Shown one piece after another: positions 13,346 through 26,400 of a stretch of DNA of 64,000 nt. The notes under the pieces were generated by a model that made no database searches, was not told where the DNA came from, and was given only the letters and a program-made list of their open reading frames with translations. The position numbers and the translations under genes were made by a program. Position 1 is the first letter of the stretch; each line of letters starts with the position of its first letter. The stretch is from Geosiphon pyriformis uo1 (lineage: Eukaryota > Fungi > Glomeromycota): positions 248,001-312,000 of the forward strand of contig JAAOMT010000710.1 of NCBI GenBank assembly GCA_016748015.1. The letters are read 5' to 3'.

Positions 13346-14943
13346 ATGGGCGGAACGCAAAGCACAGGGAAGGGACATGGGTATCATGTATTAAGGGTAA
13401 GTTGGATAAGTCAGCCATTTTATTGGTTACCAGTGTAGTCAAACGGCTAGTTTTGCTTCCTCTTGAGATTTTTCTGTATTAAGAAGCCGATGCATGTTAT
13501 GAATCTGGCCAAAGGTTCAGGAAAACTCACCGGCACACCTTGCTGGAGTTGAACCGTTTTTCGATTATATTCTCGGGATAAACGGAATGTCTTTGGTATA
13601 TGTCATATCGTTTTGTTTCTTTAACATAAACGAAATTTAACTTGTTGTCATTCGATTCGACAGGACTCTGCTGAGAGTCGGGTTTTACAAGAACAATTGG
13701 CAGCCAATGTAAATAAAGAAGTGATTATCGCGATATATTCGACAAAAGAGCAAGAATTACGAGGTTGGTATAAATATGGTTGTCGATCATCAAATTTCTA
13801 AATATTGCGATTTCTAACTCCTCATCGGTCATGCTGATAGAAATACCACTAATTCCCAATCGAAACTGGACTTCTAATCCTGCCGATGGGTTGATAGGTA
13901 AGAATAAAATAAATTTTGACCTGAATTCTTTTTAGGCTTGATAGAAACTCACAATATTGATTTCAGGGTTGAGTATTCGATTTTGTACATTTGAGGTTTG
14001 TAGATTTTTAAATGGTTAAATCTTATAGAGTTGCCATTATTGAAGAAATTGAAGAAATATTTTTTGTAATAAAAAGGGCACAAATGAACACGTATGGCAT
14101 ATTTTAGATATTGCTTCTCAATGTCCCGCCGAATTGGCCGGTTTGGTAGGTTTTTCATTGATTTTCCACAATATTTTTCGTAAAAGTCTGTTTTTTGCCG
14201 TTTTGATAATAATCCTCACTTTAATTAATTTGCAGATCCCATACACAGATTACATTATTGGGACACCGCACGCTACATTAACTTCAGAAAATAATTTTTA
14301 TGAACTTGTTGAGGCTCATAACGGACGTCAACTGCGTCTTTATGTATATAATTCCAATTTTGATGCCTGTAGAGAGGTTGGTATTGAATGATTGTTTATT
14401 TTATTACTATTGTAATTACTAATTAAAACTTTATTTGAAAGGTTGTGATTGTCCCTAATCATGAATGGGGTGGTGAAGGTGCACTTGGATGTGGGGTTGG
14501 ATACGGGTAAAGAAAAACCGTTAGGCTTTTAACATAGCTGAAAATTTTTGCCTTAAGCTTTTAATTTCAATTTTTAAATTATTGGTTTTACCCAGCTATC
14601 TACACAGAATACCTAAAACTAATAAATTTCGCAATGTTGGACCAGAGTATTATGAGGGAAAACCAAACCAAAAGCAGCCTCTCAGACCACAAATACCTAC
14701 TGGTAAGGAATATTTTTTTTCATTTGGCAAGTCATTTAGATTTATTGGGTATTGGTTCATGATTTTTCTCTTGCAACTGGTTTTTTCTAAACAGCACAAT
14801 ACAACACACAGAATAAGCTGGACTCCCCAGGTATTCCCCAGCCGCCTCTTTCATTTATTAATATTCCTCCAGACACAATGGAAAATAAGCTCAAAGATCA
14901 AAATCACCAAACTGGAAATCTTGGGGCCTCGACTAGTTCATAG
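13346..14943 (+). CDS. GRH1: Golgi reassembly-stacking protein (GRASP55/65 family), 10 exons, 282 aa: 13346-13396, 13515-13595, 13664-13763, 13841-13897, 13967-13995, 14077-14145, 14236-14376, 14442-14506, 14596-14702, 14795-14943
   Basis: Spliced at GT-AG introns it gives 849 nt in frame: MGGTQS...[25 protein letters not shown]...[13 protein letters not shown]...HVWHILD...DYIIG...LRLYVYN...[31 protein letters not shown], the tandem-PDZ GRASP signature. Confidence 0.96.
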
Positions 14944-15175
14944 AGATCGGGAATCTTTTGGTTCTTGTATTTTATATATTGAGAGTAGTTTAGCACTTGC
15001 GATTAAAGGGAAAGGCGATTTTTAATTTAACATATGTTAGCTTCGAAATTTTTGTAATCCACATTCTTTAATTTATCAACACCAAAAGCACATGATTAAG
15101 GCAATCATAGATCTGTGTAACAGACATCAATTTTTTCTAGGAAACCCTTGAGAAATCATTTCCTGATTTTCCGAG

Positions 15176-15683
15176 ATGTCCAAAAACAACCCGAATCCTC
15201 CACCACCACTACGCTCCCAACGCGAGACATGTTGGCGGTTTCGTGACGAGTATTTTAACTGTTTAACTCTCGCCTCTATTGATAATCCAACGGTTGTTGA
15301 CACCGACGACTCAGTGCGGCAAGCTGTCAAGGCAGCTGGGTGTTTACGAAAGAAGAAAGAATATGAAGAAGCGTGTCCTGCTAGTTGGGTGAGTTGCTCT
15401 AGGCTTAGTGAAGATAAATTTAACCGGTTAATTGATTTGGATTGGATGTCTGATAATTTTTACCGAGTGGTTCTATGTAAATTATCGAAAGTATGAATGA
15501 TTTCGTTTTACGAAACTTAATGATTTGACTAAACACACTTTTAAAAAACCTGAAATGCCCGACCCACTAACAAAAAAGGTTGCATACTTCAATAAACGAC
15601 GAGCCCTCGAAATAAGTCAAGCTCCATTATTGACTGCTGCTGCCCGACAAATGGATGAATATAAAGAACCACCAAAAAAATGA
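15176..15683 (+). CDS. COA6: Cytochrome c oxidase assembly factor 6-like (COX6B family), 2 exons: 15176-15388, 15579-15683 (105 aa)
   Basis: P-x-RSQRETCWRFRDEYFNC...CLRKKKEYEEACPASW|VAYFNKRR gives CX9C-Xn-CX10C; intron has GTGAGT donor, CACTAAC branch point and AAG acceptor. Confidence 0.88.
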
Positions 15684-15944
15684 TCTTATCTGGTATAAAC
15701 ACTGTTACTGTTATCACTTATACTTCCTCATCATTATTGTAAAAGAATTGAAGGTGTAATACTAATAATGAGTGGTGCCATATTCTAAGAAAATAGGTCG
15801 ACTTATTTTTTAAGAATTTTATAATTGCGATAAATAAAAGCACAATTTAAAGTGAATTTATGTTTTTATCATTATCTAGCTTCAAGAAAAGCACAACTTT
15901 CAATGTAAATAAATTTCATTTTTAAATCTTTTTCAGAATATGCT

Positions 15945-16045
15945 CAGCGGGTCGGGTCAATTCGACGAACCCGATTATTCGGTTCCGGTTCGGATTGCTA
16001 TTTTTCAATCCGAAAAAACCGTTTCGATTTTGGTTCAATCTGAAA
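15945..16045. mobile_element. Possible DNA-transposon terminus (hAT-like subterminal repeats)
   Basis: Starts CAG, then clustered CGGGT/ACCCG/TTCGG/CCGAA motifs in both orientations that fade into AT-rich DNA; no partner TIR found. Confidence 0.4.
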
Positions 16046-16464
16046 TTTTTGATTGGTCAAGATTATTTATTTTGGAAATTTCATAATTAACTTTATGAAT
16101 GATTTTATTGTTAGTAATAACAAGCCCAGAACTTTTGAAACCATATTTTTGTTACTGGTTCATTAGCATTTTGTTTTTAATACAAAATTTTATATTAATA
16201 TCTAAATTTTATAATTAATCTTTAAAAAAATAGAAAATTGAATAAAAATTAGCTAACTTAATAATAAACATGTTTAAATAAAGCATTTTTTGAATAATAT
16301 ATTATAAAAGTGGTAAACTATTTTTATTTATTTTCAAGAAATTGAACAAATCTTAAATTTTTTTTACATATTCATTTACATTTAAACTATTTTTTTATTA
16401 ATAAATAGTTTTTAATAACCAGTTTTTAATTTTTTAATTATTGTTATATAAAAATTAAGTTAAA

Positions 16465-19400
16465 AAACCTTTTTTTTTTATGTTTTAAATTTTTCAAAGA
16501 GCATAATTTTGAAAAAGAAGTTTTTTTATTTAATTTTTTCTTGTTATTTCTTTTAAATATTTCTTAAACAAATAACTTCTTTGTAATGAACTTGATAACT
16601 GTCTTAGATAATATTATGTCTAAAAAAAAGATACCTAAAGAAGCTCTTTATAATACTGTTAAAGGTTTTTTTTCTCAAAAAAAAAAGTGTTTATTAACAA
16701 TATTAAGCATTCTAAAAATGAAAAAAATATCTTTTTAGTCAAATCTGAAATTGATGGTAGTGTTTATTTAGATATAGAAAGTAAATTTGATAATAGTAGG
16801 AATAATAGTATCTTATTAAGTATTAGTAATGGCTCTTTTTTTAGTTCAGCAGTAAATACTCTTAAAGCTAAGAAAGTAAATACTAAGCTAATTTGTGGTT
16901 TCTCTATTAGTTTAATTGATTATAACATGAATAAAGACAAAAAACTCCTTTTTTTCTCTTGTAATATCTTTTTTAACAAAAGATAAATTGACCCAAAAAT
17001 TGTTAAAACTCAAATTGAAATAGCAGTAAAAAAAATTTTTGTATTAAACATTAATTTTTCAGCTATAAAAAAAAAATCAGCAATAGTAAAGACTTAGTTT
17101 ATTAGAAAAAATTTTTTATCTGTTAATGATTTGGACTATAATAATCAAAAAAATTCTTATAAATATGCCAAAAAAATAATTATTACAATAGTATTTAAGT
17201 ATAATCAGATTGTGTTAATTAAATTGCAATTTATTGAACTATAACAAAAGACTATAATAAAGTTTGCTGAATTAGAATAAATCAATTATTTGACAACTAA
17301 ATAGTCACTTTTAATTAGGAAAAATTCAGTATATATAACAAAAACTAAAAGAGATCATAATATTTGAATGTCAAAAGATTGTTTTAGGATGCTTTTGTTT
17401 ACTTTATTTGTGAAAACAACTACTTATAATCTTGGTAATTTATTAAAAAAGACTGGTGAAAAAACTTGTGTTATTAATTGTTTATTTAAAACTGACAATA
17501 AAGTTTATTGTATAGTAGTTGGCTTCAAATCAAAAAAAGAATTGAAATTAGTTTTTCACACAAAATCTATTCTGGGTAATATTAAGCTTACTTGAACTAG
17601 AATAGATTTGGTTTAATGTAAAAAATATAAAAGGTTTGATTATTTTGCTTTAAAGTATAATATACTTAATACATATACTTTTAAGTTCTTAAAAACATTT
17701 AAAAGACTTATTTTGGATGTGAACTGCCTTTAATTGGCCAAGTTATACACAAAAAAAAGTGTTTTTATCTTTCATTCTGTTGTTTTTAATAACAAATCAT
17801 GGGCACAAATGGTCTTACTTGCTTTTTTTTCTAATAATAATAGCTTTGGTTCTGGTTTTGGTTTGTTTTTTTTTGATACTTCTTGTATAAAAAAAGATTT
17901 TTTAGCTAATCTAGACAATTCTTCTGTTAATGCTTATTTGGCTTCTTTGAAATACTCTTTAAAGCTTTTGACTGATTAGGTTTTTGGCATTATATAACAA
18001 CTAAATAATATAAAATTAGTGCTTTTAATGTCTAATTTTCAATTTTTGCTCTTAATAATTTTAACACTAATATTGTTGAAGTCAAATACTAACATAATTT
18101 TGGACAACTCTTAATTGCTCTCTATTTTTTCATTTTTAGTAGTAAAAAACAAAACTTTGAATTTAGGATTAAGTAGTTTGAAGATTCTTACTACCAAGGT
18201 AGGTAGATTAGAATTAAAATTAGTAGTTTTCAAAGTTTTTCTTGATTTGATTTTAAAGAAATTGGATTGGTTGTGTACAAACTTAGGTTTTTTGGTATAT
18301 TATTTATTTTAATAAATAAATTTATTTGGAACATAGCTATATGTAATATTAGGAGTATAAACAATTTGGCAAAACAAAAAAACATTGTTTGTTAATATTT
18401 AGAATTTGGCAACATAATTTTTATTTTTACTAAAACCAAGTTAAAGTCTAACATTAACTTATGGATTAAAATAAGTTTGATAGTGTTCAAATTTTTATAT
18501 TAGGTCTTAAAGAAAGTTTTCTTGATGCTGCAGTAACTGTTGTTATGAACTGTCTTTTGGCTTAGTATGTATTAAAAGTTAAAGAAGTTTTTAACAGAAT
18601 TATATTAATTTAATTATTGTTTAAAGACAAATTCTCAGTTACTGTTTTGGATTTGTATGTTAATACATTAATCAAAGTGCAGTTTAATCAGACTTTTAAT
18701 GTTAATTCAGTTATCTTTAATGCAATCAGTTTTAGCTTTTTTGTGATTTTGAATGATAATTTCAATAAAAATAGTTTTAAGAAGTGTGCAAATTTAAGAA
18801 AGTGTTTAAATATGAGTTTAATTAACTTATTAAGTAGGCATTTCTTAATTAAGTCAACTATTTGAAACAATTTTAAAGAAATAAAAAAAATTATTGATTA
18901 CATTTTCATGAGTAAAAGTTTGTCTTTAATGATTATTGAATATAAGATTAGATTAGTGTTTAAGTTTTTTAATACTAATCATAAAACAGTTGTGGTTTCT
19001 ATTAGATTAAGAGATCTATTAAATGTTTATTTAAACAATATTTGCAAGCAAGCTAATAGAAATCAGTAAAAGTTTCAAATTAAAAATGTAAATAAAGCCA
19101 AATAGATGTATTTTAAGAATTGTTCTTTTGTTATGTTGTTGACAATAATAAGTGGTTTTGCAAATACAAAGGATGAAAAAAATTTGTGTAAAATATGGAA
19201 GGTATTAAAGTGTATTATAACTGACTTGGCTAATAAAATATTCTTTAAACATTGGTTTTGTGATTTTTACTGTTCAAAAAACAAACAATCTTCAAGATCT
19301 TTAAGCTTGGAGTTTTTGGTTGCTAAAATAGTAAAAAGTTTAAGTTTGGATAAAGTGTCTGATTTTATACAACTTTTTAAAATTTGGTTGATTTTCAATA

Positions 19401-22400
19401 ATACTGAGGCTTTTAAAGTTGTTGTCATGTTTTATAATAATATAGAACCAATAAAAATTATTAAACATTTGTCAAGAATTAAGAAAAGATATTGAAAATC
19501 GAAATACTATAAATTAAAAATAGCCAAAAATATATCTATTAAGAATGCAATTAAAAAGTATATGAAAAATTTCAGTTTGAATAAGAAAAACATAATAAAA
19601 AGTGTTTTAAAACAATCTTTTTACAAAGTTGTTCTGAATTATTTGGTGGTTAAAGAGAAGTTGATTTTGAAACTAGATAAAATAAAGGCTAAGGTAAATA
19701 ATATTATGGTAAAATAGATAAAAAAGCAAAAAATTTCTTTAGTTCTATCTAATTTGTGGGCTCCTTAATATGTTTCTTTGAGACATATAAAAGATAATGC
19801 TTTTTTTGGCATAATAAACAACATTAGCTTAAGAAAATTGGTGTTGGTAGTTAGTAATTTACTTAATAGAAAAGTTGCTAATTTTTTTAGCATATTAAAT
19901 AAATTGTAGAAACACTGTAATAATAAAGTATTAAGATGTCTTTTGAATCTATTGAATTCTTGTTTTAGACTTGATAATATTCCAGATTTTTGGAAAAAGA
20001 CATAAGTTTTAATGATTCTTAAGTCTTATGAATAGAGTGATATTTTGATTAACACACAGCCTATCACATTAATTAAGATTGCAAAAAAAAATTTGTCTAA
20101 GATTCTGTTAGATTAAATCTTATCTGTTTGTAATAAGCTTAATATTTTTTGTGGTAATAATTTTTCAGTTTTAAAAGATATTTTAATTCAGTCTTCTGTG
20201 TTTGCTATTGGCTTGATAGTAGAAAATGCTCTAAAAAAAACCAGAAAATTTGGTTGGTTTTACAGAATATGTGCAAAGTTTATAATTCAATAGAATAATA
20301 TTATTTGAAATCTAGTTTAAAACATATCAAGATATATAACAGGTTTATCAAGTTTTTTAGAAATATTCATAAAAACAGAATCAATAGAATAATAACCAAT
20401 TTTGGCTTTTTAAATGGTTATGTAATTTACAATAGATTGAATCAGAGTAAAATTTTCTTGTTACTTCTTTGAAAAATTTTTTATGATTTTTTGTTATATA
20501 AGATTAAAAGACATAAACATTTGTATAGATATAAAATTAACTTTAATTTTGTGGTAAAAACAGACAAGATAGAGATTAATAGAGATTTTTTTTTATTTTT
20601 TGTAGCTGGTGCTTTTGTTGATGATACAATATGAATAGAAAATAGTTAAATATTAATACAGCATATTTTAGATATTGGAAGTAAATTTTTTTGAATTAAT
20701 AATATTTCTATCAATAATAATAAAACAATGGCTATTTTTATTAACCAGAAAATAACAAAAGCTTCTTTATATATTAGTGACCAACCAATTTTTGTGGCCA
20801 AGTTTGATAAATTTCATAAATATTTAGATATTTTTTTATCAACAGAAGATTTATCCAAACCAAGTCTTATTAAAACATATTTAGATATCAGATTTTTCTT
20901 AAATATGGTTCTCAAAAGACATTGTCAAATAAGCAGTTTTTTTATTTAGTCTTGGCAGTTTTACAGTTTATAGTTAGTTACTAAATACAGTTTAGCTTTA
21001 TATTTAAAAGCATATATCATAAATAAGATGTTATAATAAGAAAAAGCTTAAGTTTAAAGCCAATCTGCCAAAAAATTTTCCCAAATAAAGCTTTGTACTA
21101 CTTATCTCTGTACAGTTTGAAATTTTTTAAGCAAGTGTAGACAAAAGCCAAAGTAGCTTTAATGATTGAATTTTTTAATACTGCTGAGATTTTTGGCTAA
21201 TTGTTTAAATACTGTGCTTTGAATTTACAAGTTTTGAAATAAGCATTTCTAAATTTTTTGTAGTATTCAGTTAAGTTAAAGATCAATCTTATAAACAATT
21301 TTCTTGTAAGAATTATTAGAATTTTTTTGAACATCAAAGTATCTTTAACTAATAATCTGTTTAGTATATTTTATGAACCTGGCTATTTTTTTATGTTTAA
21401 AATATTGAGAAATACTTATTATTTTAATGTGGTGTATTTTTTGAGATGTTTTGGTTTTGTTTTTGGAAACTATTTGTTGAATAAACATAATTTGGTTATG
21501 AATTAAAAAACTATTTGATAATAGAAAAAATTGAGCCTAAAAGATCTAGTATTATTGTAATTTAAAAAAACATCAACATATATAAACAATCTTTTTGTTA
21601 AGACTAATAAAATTACTGTTGATTTAGTCTGTTTAAATTTTTTCTGCTTGAATAAGTTTTTGGATATTCATGAACATTTGTATAAAATGTGGTTTGGAGT
21701 GATTAATATTTATACTAATGGCTTATTAAAAAATTTAAGTACAACAAAAATGACTAGTAGAATAGTAGCTTACTTTTTTGATATTGGAATGATTATAGAT
21801 ATAAAAGTACATGAAATGTTGTCTTTAATGTTATTAAAATTATAGATAATTGTTTTGGCTTTAGGGTGTATTCTCTTATCTTATTTGGTAGTTTTGCATA
21901 TAAATAGCCAAACAGCTATAAATGTATATATGTTGGAACTTGAATTTTATCAGTTTGACTTCCAGAGCAAATATTGGGTAAAAAGATATTATATTGCTAA
22001 TTTGGTTAGATTAAAAGACATTTTTGTAAAATGAATAAAAGTAAAAAACCATTTTGAGAATTTGAACAATAATTAAGCAAATATTTTTGCTTGTATTGCT
22101 GTATAGTTGTGTTTGGTTTTTTCTATTGGAATTCATGAAAGAGTTCTGATAACAAATGATCAGATGGTTTTAGACAATGCTTGCCATTTTATTTGCAATA
22201 TTTATTAGACTGTTTGTTGTATTCAATAAGAAGTAGATCTTAGTGCAAAAATTTTAAACAGCTCACTTATTTAGTACATAGATTAGAATTGTATCGTTTT
22301 AGTTTAACATCCAGACTCACACATGTTGGCTGAATTGACCAGTAAAAAGTCAACTGCTCTGTATATATATTTAATAAAAACTGTCCATAAAAGATTACTG

Positions 22401-23122
22401 ATTGTTATTTGTAAAAGACTTTATAACAAAGATTATTTAAGTGCTTTATACTTAATGTACAATAATATTAAGTTGTTTGATTATGTTTTTATTTGCTCTA
22501 AAGATGCTTTTGTATGCTCTGATATTTTTTTTGGTCATACTAAACTGTAGAAATTTTTGGTTGAAGTTTGTTTTGTATTATTGTCTTTGATATTAAACAT
22601 TTTTTTTTAGAAGCTTCAAATATTAATATTTATGTAGTTTTGTGCAAAAATTTTGTTTTTAGAAAATGAATAAACAAGGCAGTATTAATTTTTGGTAATA
22701 AAAAAAAAGCAGAGTTAATAATAGTTGATTTTATTTACTATTTGGTTGATATATATTATAGTAAATTATGGTTAATAAAGTTTAAATTTAAGATAAACAT
22801 GAAAAAAAGTGGCTTGGTTTATAATATAAAAATAGTATCTAATCTGTTGTGTAATTTGTTTAGCTTTTTGTCTAAAGAAGTGATTTATTTATTTAGTATT
22901 GTTGAATTTTTTGCTGTCAGTTTTGGCTTGTAAAAATTATGTTTGTTTTTTCTGGTATAAACAATAGTATAAAAGTTTTTGTATATATATAGTATTGTTT
23001 TGATTGGCTAAAATAGCTGGTTATGTGTAGAAAAGACATAAACTATACTTAGTTTAATTTATTTATTTGTTTTTGTATACTAGGTGGTAATTGGACTGCA
23101 TTCATTAAATCAATAAAAAAAA
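16465..23122 (+). mobile_element. Full-length but heavily decayed LINE (ORF1 ~16580-18312, ORF2 ~18310-22992, 3' UTR, poly-A)
   Basis: Colinear with 43238-49996; gctggtgcttttgttgatgataca (AGAFVDDT) at ~20605; RNase H relic IYTNGL; conserved 3' UTR and A-tail. Confidence 0.9.
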
Positions 23123-23419
23123 ATTAAATTATAATAATATATATTAAAAATTATCTGTTTTAATTAATTTAATTTAAAATATTTTTTATTTTGTTTATTA
23201 AAAAACTTAATTTTATTATATTAACAAAATATTTATTTAATATTAAATTATAATAAATTAAAAATAAAAAACATATAAAAAAACTTTTTTAGTTAAAAAA
23301 AACTCATTTTTTTAATTAATTTTTAAACTAAAAAAAACAAAGTTTTTTTAAAAAAATTTTTGCTTTTATATTGTTTACATATATATAATATTAAGTTTAA
23401 TAATTAAATCAATAGTAAA

Positions 23420-26400
23420 AAAATCTTAAAACCTAAGAGAACTCTTTTTTTTGTTGATCTTTTGGTTATAATGAAAATATAGAATAGCTAAAAAGATATT
23501 CTTTTTTATTCCTTTTTCTTTTAAGTTTTTGCAGTTATTTTTTTCAATATATCTTTATTTATTATTATAGAACTGGTAGACTTTTTTGCTAATGAGTTTG
23601 GTTTTAGTATGGCTGAATTGGAGATCGAATCTAAAGTTAAAAACAAAAAGTATGTTGGGAGTGTATACTCTTATGGTGTATTGTATAAGGAGCCAAAGAA
23701 GTTTGAAGCTGCTGAGAAAATAGTGGATTTGTTAGCTGGTTTTTTTTTTCTTAGCAATTTGGGTTCTAATAAGATTAGTTATAAGAAGTTTTGGGGTGGT
23801 AAAGTGAAAAGTAGTATCAGTAAGATCTCAAATGTTGAAAATATGAAAAAGACAATTACTGAAAAGACTAGTTATCTAAACTTAAATGCATCTAAGACTG
23901 ATAAGATGATAGATGACACTATGTCAAAAAAAACACAAACTAGGGTGTTCATTGTTGATTGTCTGCCAAAAACTTCTTTGTTTGATAATAGAAGTAATAA
24001 TAACAAAATTCTAGTGCTTTTGTCTTCTAAATTTAAAGAATTAAAGCAGTTATTATTAGTCAGATCACATATCTCAAATAGGTATAACTTCAACTCAGTC
24101 AAATTTTTTGCTTTAAATAGTAATCTTTCTGCTGTGCTTAGCAAATTTTCTAGTAATAAGTTGATGGCAGTAAAAAGAATTTTTTATTATATTGATAGTT
24201 TTGGGAGAGCTTTTACTCTTTCAAAATTTTCAGGAATTATTAAATCATCTTTTATATCAGAATCTAGTTTGATTAAGACAAAAGAATTGGCAATCTGTAA
24301 AAAAATTTTTGTTAATAATAATCTCATGAAGGTAAACAACTACTCGGATTGGGAAGTAATAATCAAGGAGATTCTTATTGATTTTTCAAAATTGGCTATG
24401 GAATCAGTTTTTTTTAAGTTTGGCAAGATTGTGTCAATCAAGATACAATTAATTGGTCTTTAACAAAAGGTCTTAGTGGAATATAAATTATTTAAGATAG
24501 CTAATTTGGTCATAGCTAAATAGTCTGTGCTTATGAGAAAAGACTCTGTTCGTATAGCAAAGGCAATTGGTAATAAACAAACATGAATATCTAAGAATCA
24601 ACATTAAGTTTTGTTGTATATTTTGCTAGTTGGCACTATAACTTATGATTTGTCTAATTTGTTGAACTCTTATGGTAAAAAAACTTGCTTTATTGGCCAT
24701 AATTCAAGTTTGTATATACATAACAGATGTGCTATAATTTGTTTTGCTGATAAGACATCCAAATTGGCTGTTATTGATTCTGTACCAGTTTTTAAGAGTG
24801 TAAATCTACATTGAACTGGGCTGTTTTTGGCTTATTGTGTCCAATACAAGCAGTTTAGTTATATTTCTAATATTTGTTCTGTAGGTAGAAATTCTGGTGG
24901 TCATGATAAATGTGTGTTGATTTCTTATGATCAGACTTATTTAACCAATATATATAAAAAGAAGCAGACATTAATTGTCTGTCTGGTGTCTTTTGGTAAT
25001 AAAACTTGGGCCCAGATTGCTGGTAGTTCTACTTCTTGTGTTGTGTCTTTTTTTTACTATTGGTTTATCTTTGAATATTAAACCTTTTTTACTGGTTTTT
25101 TTGAAAATAAGTAATAAGTTTGTCACTCTTGAGTGCAGTTTTGCCAGTCTTGCAGAGAAAGTGGACAAGTTGGCTAAGAGGTTGGAAATACTTAAGTCAA
25201 TAATTTCTCAGCTTAACCTTAGATATCAGCTGTTAATAACTTTTTTATCACAAAATTAAGGAGTGGATACAGTAATAAGTAAAGATTTAAATATAGCTAC
25301 TAATAATAAAACTGTTATAAGAGCAGTAGGTATTGATTTTTTGGTTGTTTTAAGACTGAAAAAGACTTTAAACAGTTTATTAAACACAATTATGAATCTA
25401 ATAGCCAAAATAAACAATGCTGGCTTGAGTGTAAAAAATCTTTCTTTTTAATAACAGATCTGGTTTAGAAATTTGTAATGTGCAATATTCAAAATATTAA
25501 GTCTTTGCAAAACAGAAAGACATTATTTGTTGACACAAAAAATCAAATAATATGATTTCTTTGTTTTTAAGATGAAATTAAGGTCTAGTATTAGGTTTTA
25601 GATCATGAATAAGTTTGATGGGATTTGGGTTTTTACTTCTGATTTGGATGTTGGTTTTTTTGGCACTGGAGTTGCTATAATTATGAACAATTTTTTGGCT
25701 TGGCATGTTTCAAAGGTGGATGAGATTCTGAATTAATTGATTTCTATGTGTTTTTTGTTTAAAAACAAGCTTTTAGTTATAATTCTAGACTTATATACTG
25801 GTATATCTATTGGTGTACATTTTGGCCAAGCTTCTAATATCAACTCTATGATTTTTAAAACAGTTAATTCTAATTCTTTTATGGTTTTAAGTGACAACTT
25901 TAATGAAAATAGATCTAAAAAGAGTGCAAGTTTCAAGTTCTGTTTGGGTCTAAGTCTAGTTAACACTTTTAATGAGCATTCATTGACCAAAACTTTTATT
26001 TAGAGCAATTCTAGAGGTATTAAAAAGGTGCTGGATTTTATTTTTGTAAGTAAAAATCTGGCATCATCAATTACATGTCATAAAATTGATTGTATGTCTG
26101 AGTTTTTTAATATAAATTATAAGGCAGTTTCAGTTTTAATCAGTTTGGGTAGACTCTTAGATGCTTGTCTTAATAGTGCTTATAAATAGACCAATTAAAA
26201 CTAGTAGAAATTTAGGTTAGGTAACACTAATAAAGTCTAATGGTTATATTTTAAAAAACAATTTTCTGCTGAGCTGTTAGTGAAGGGAGATGTATTTGTA
26301 AATGTGAAAAACAACAGTGACTTAAATACAATGTGAATAGTACTAAAAGATATTATAGTACAAACTACTAATATAGTGTTTTTTAGACATTAGTATAGTA

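Noticed and set aside
14582-15025. 147-aa ORF, and ORFs 13252..13482, 14134..14391 and 15176..15496, as standalone genes
   Set aside because: They are exon-plus-intron read-throughs or off-frame overlaps of the spliced GRASP and COA6 genes.
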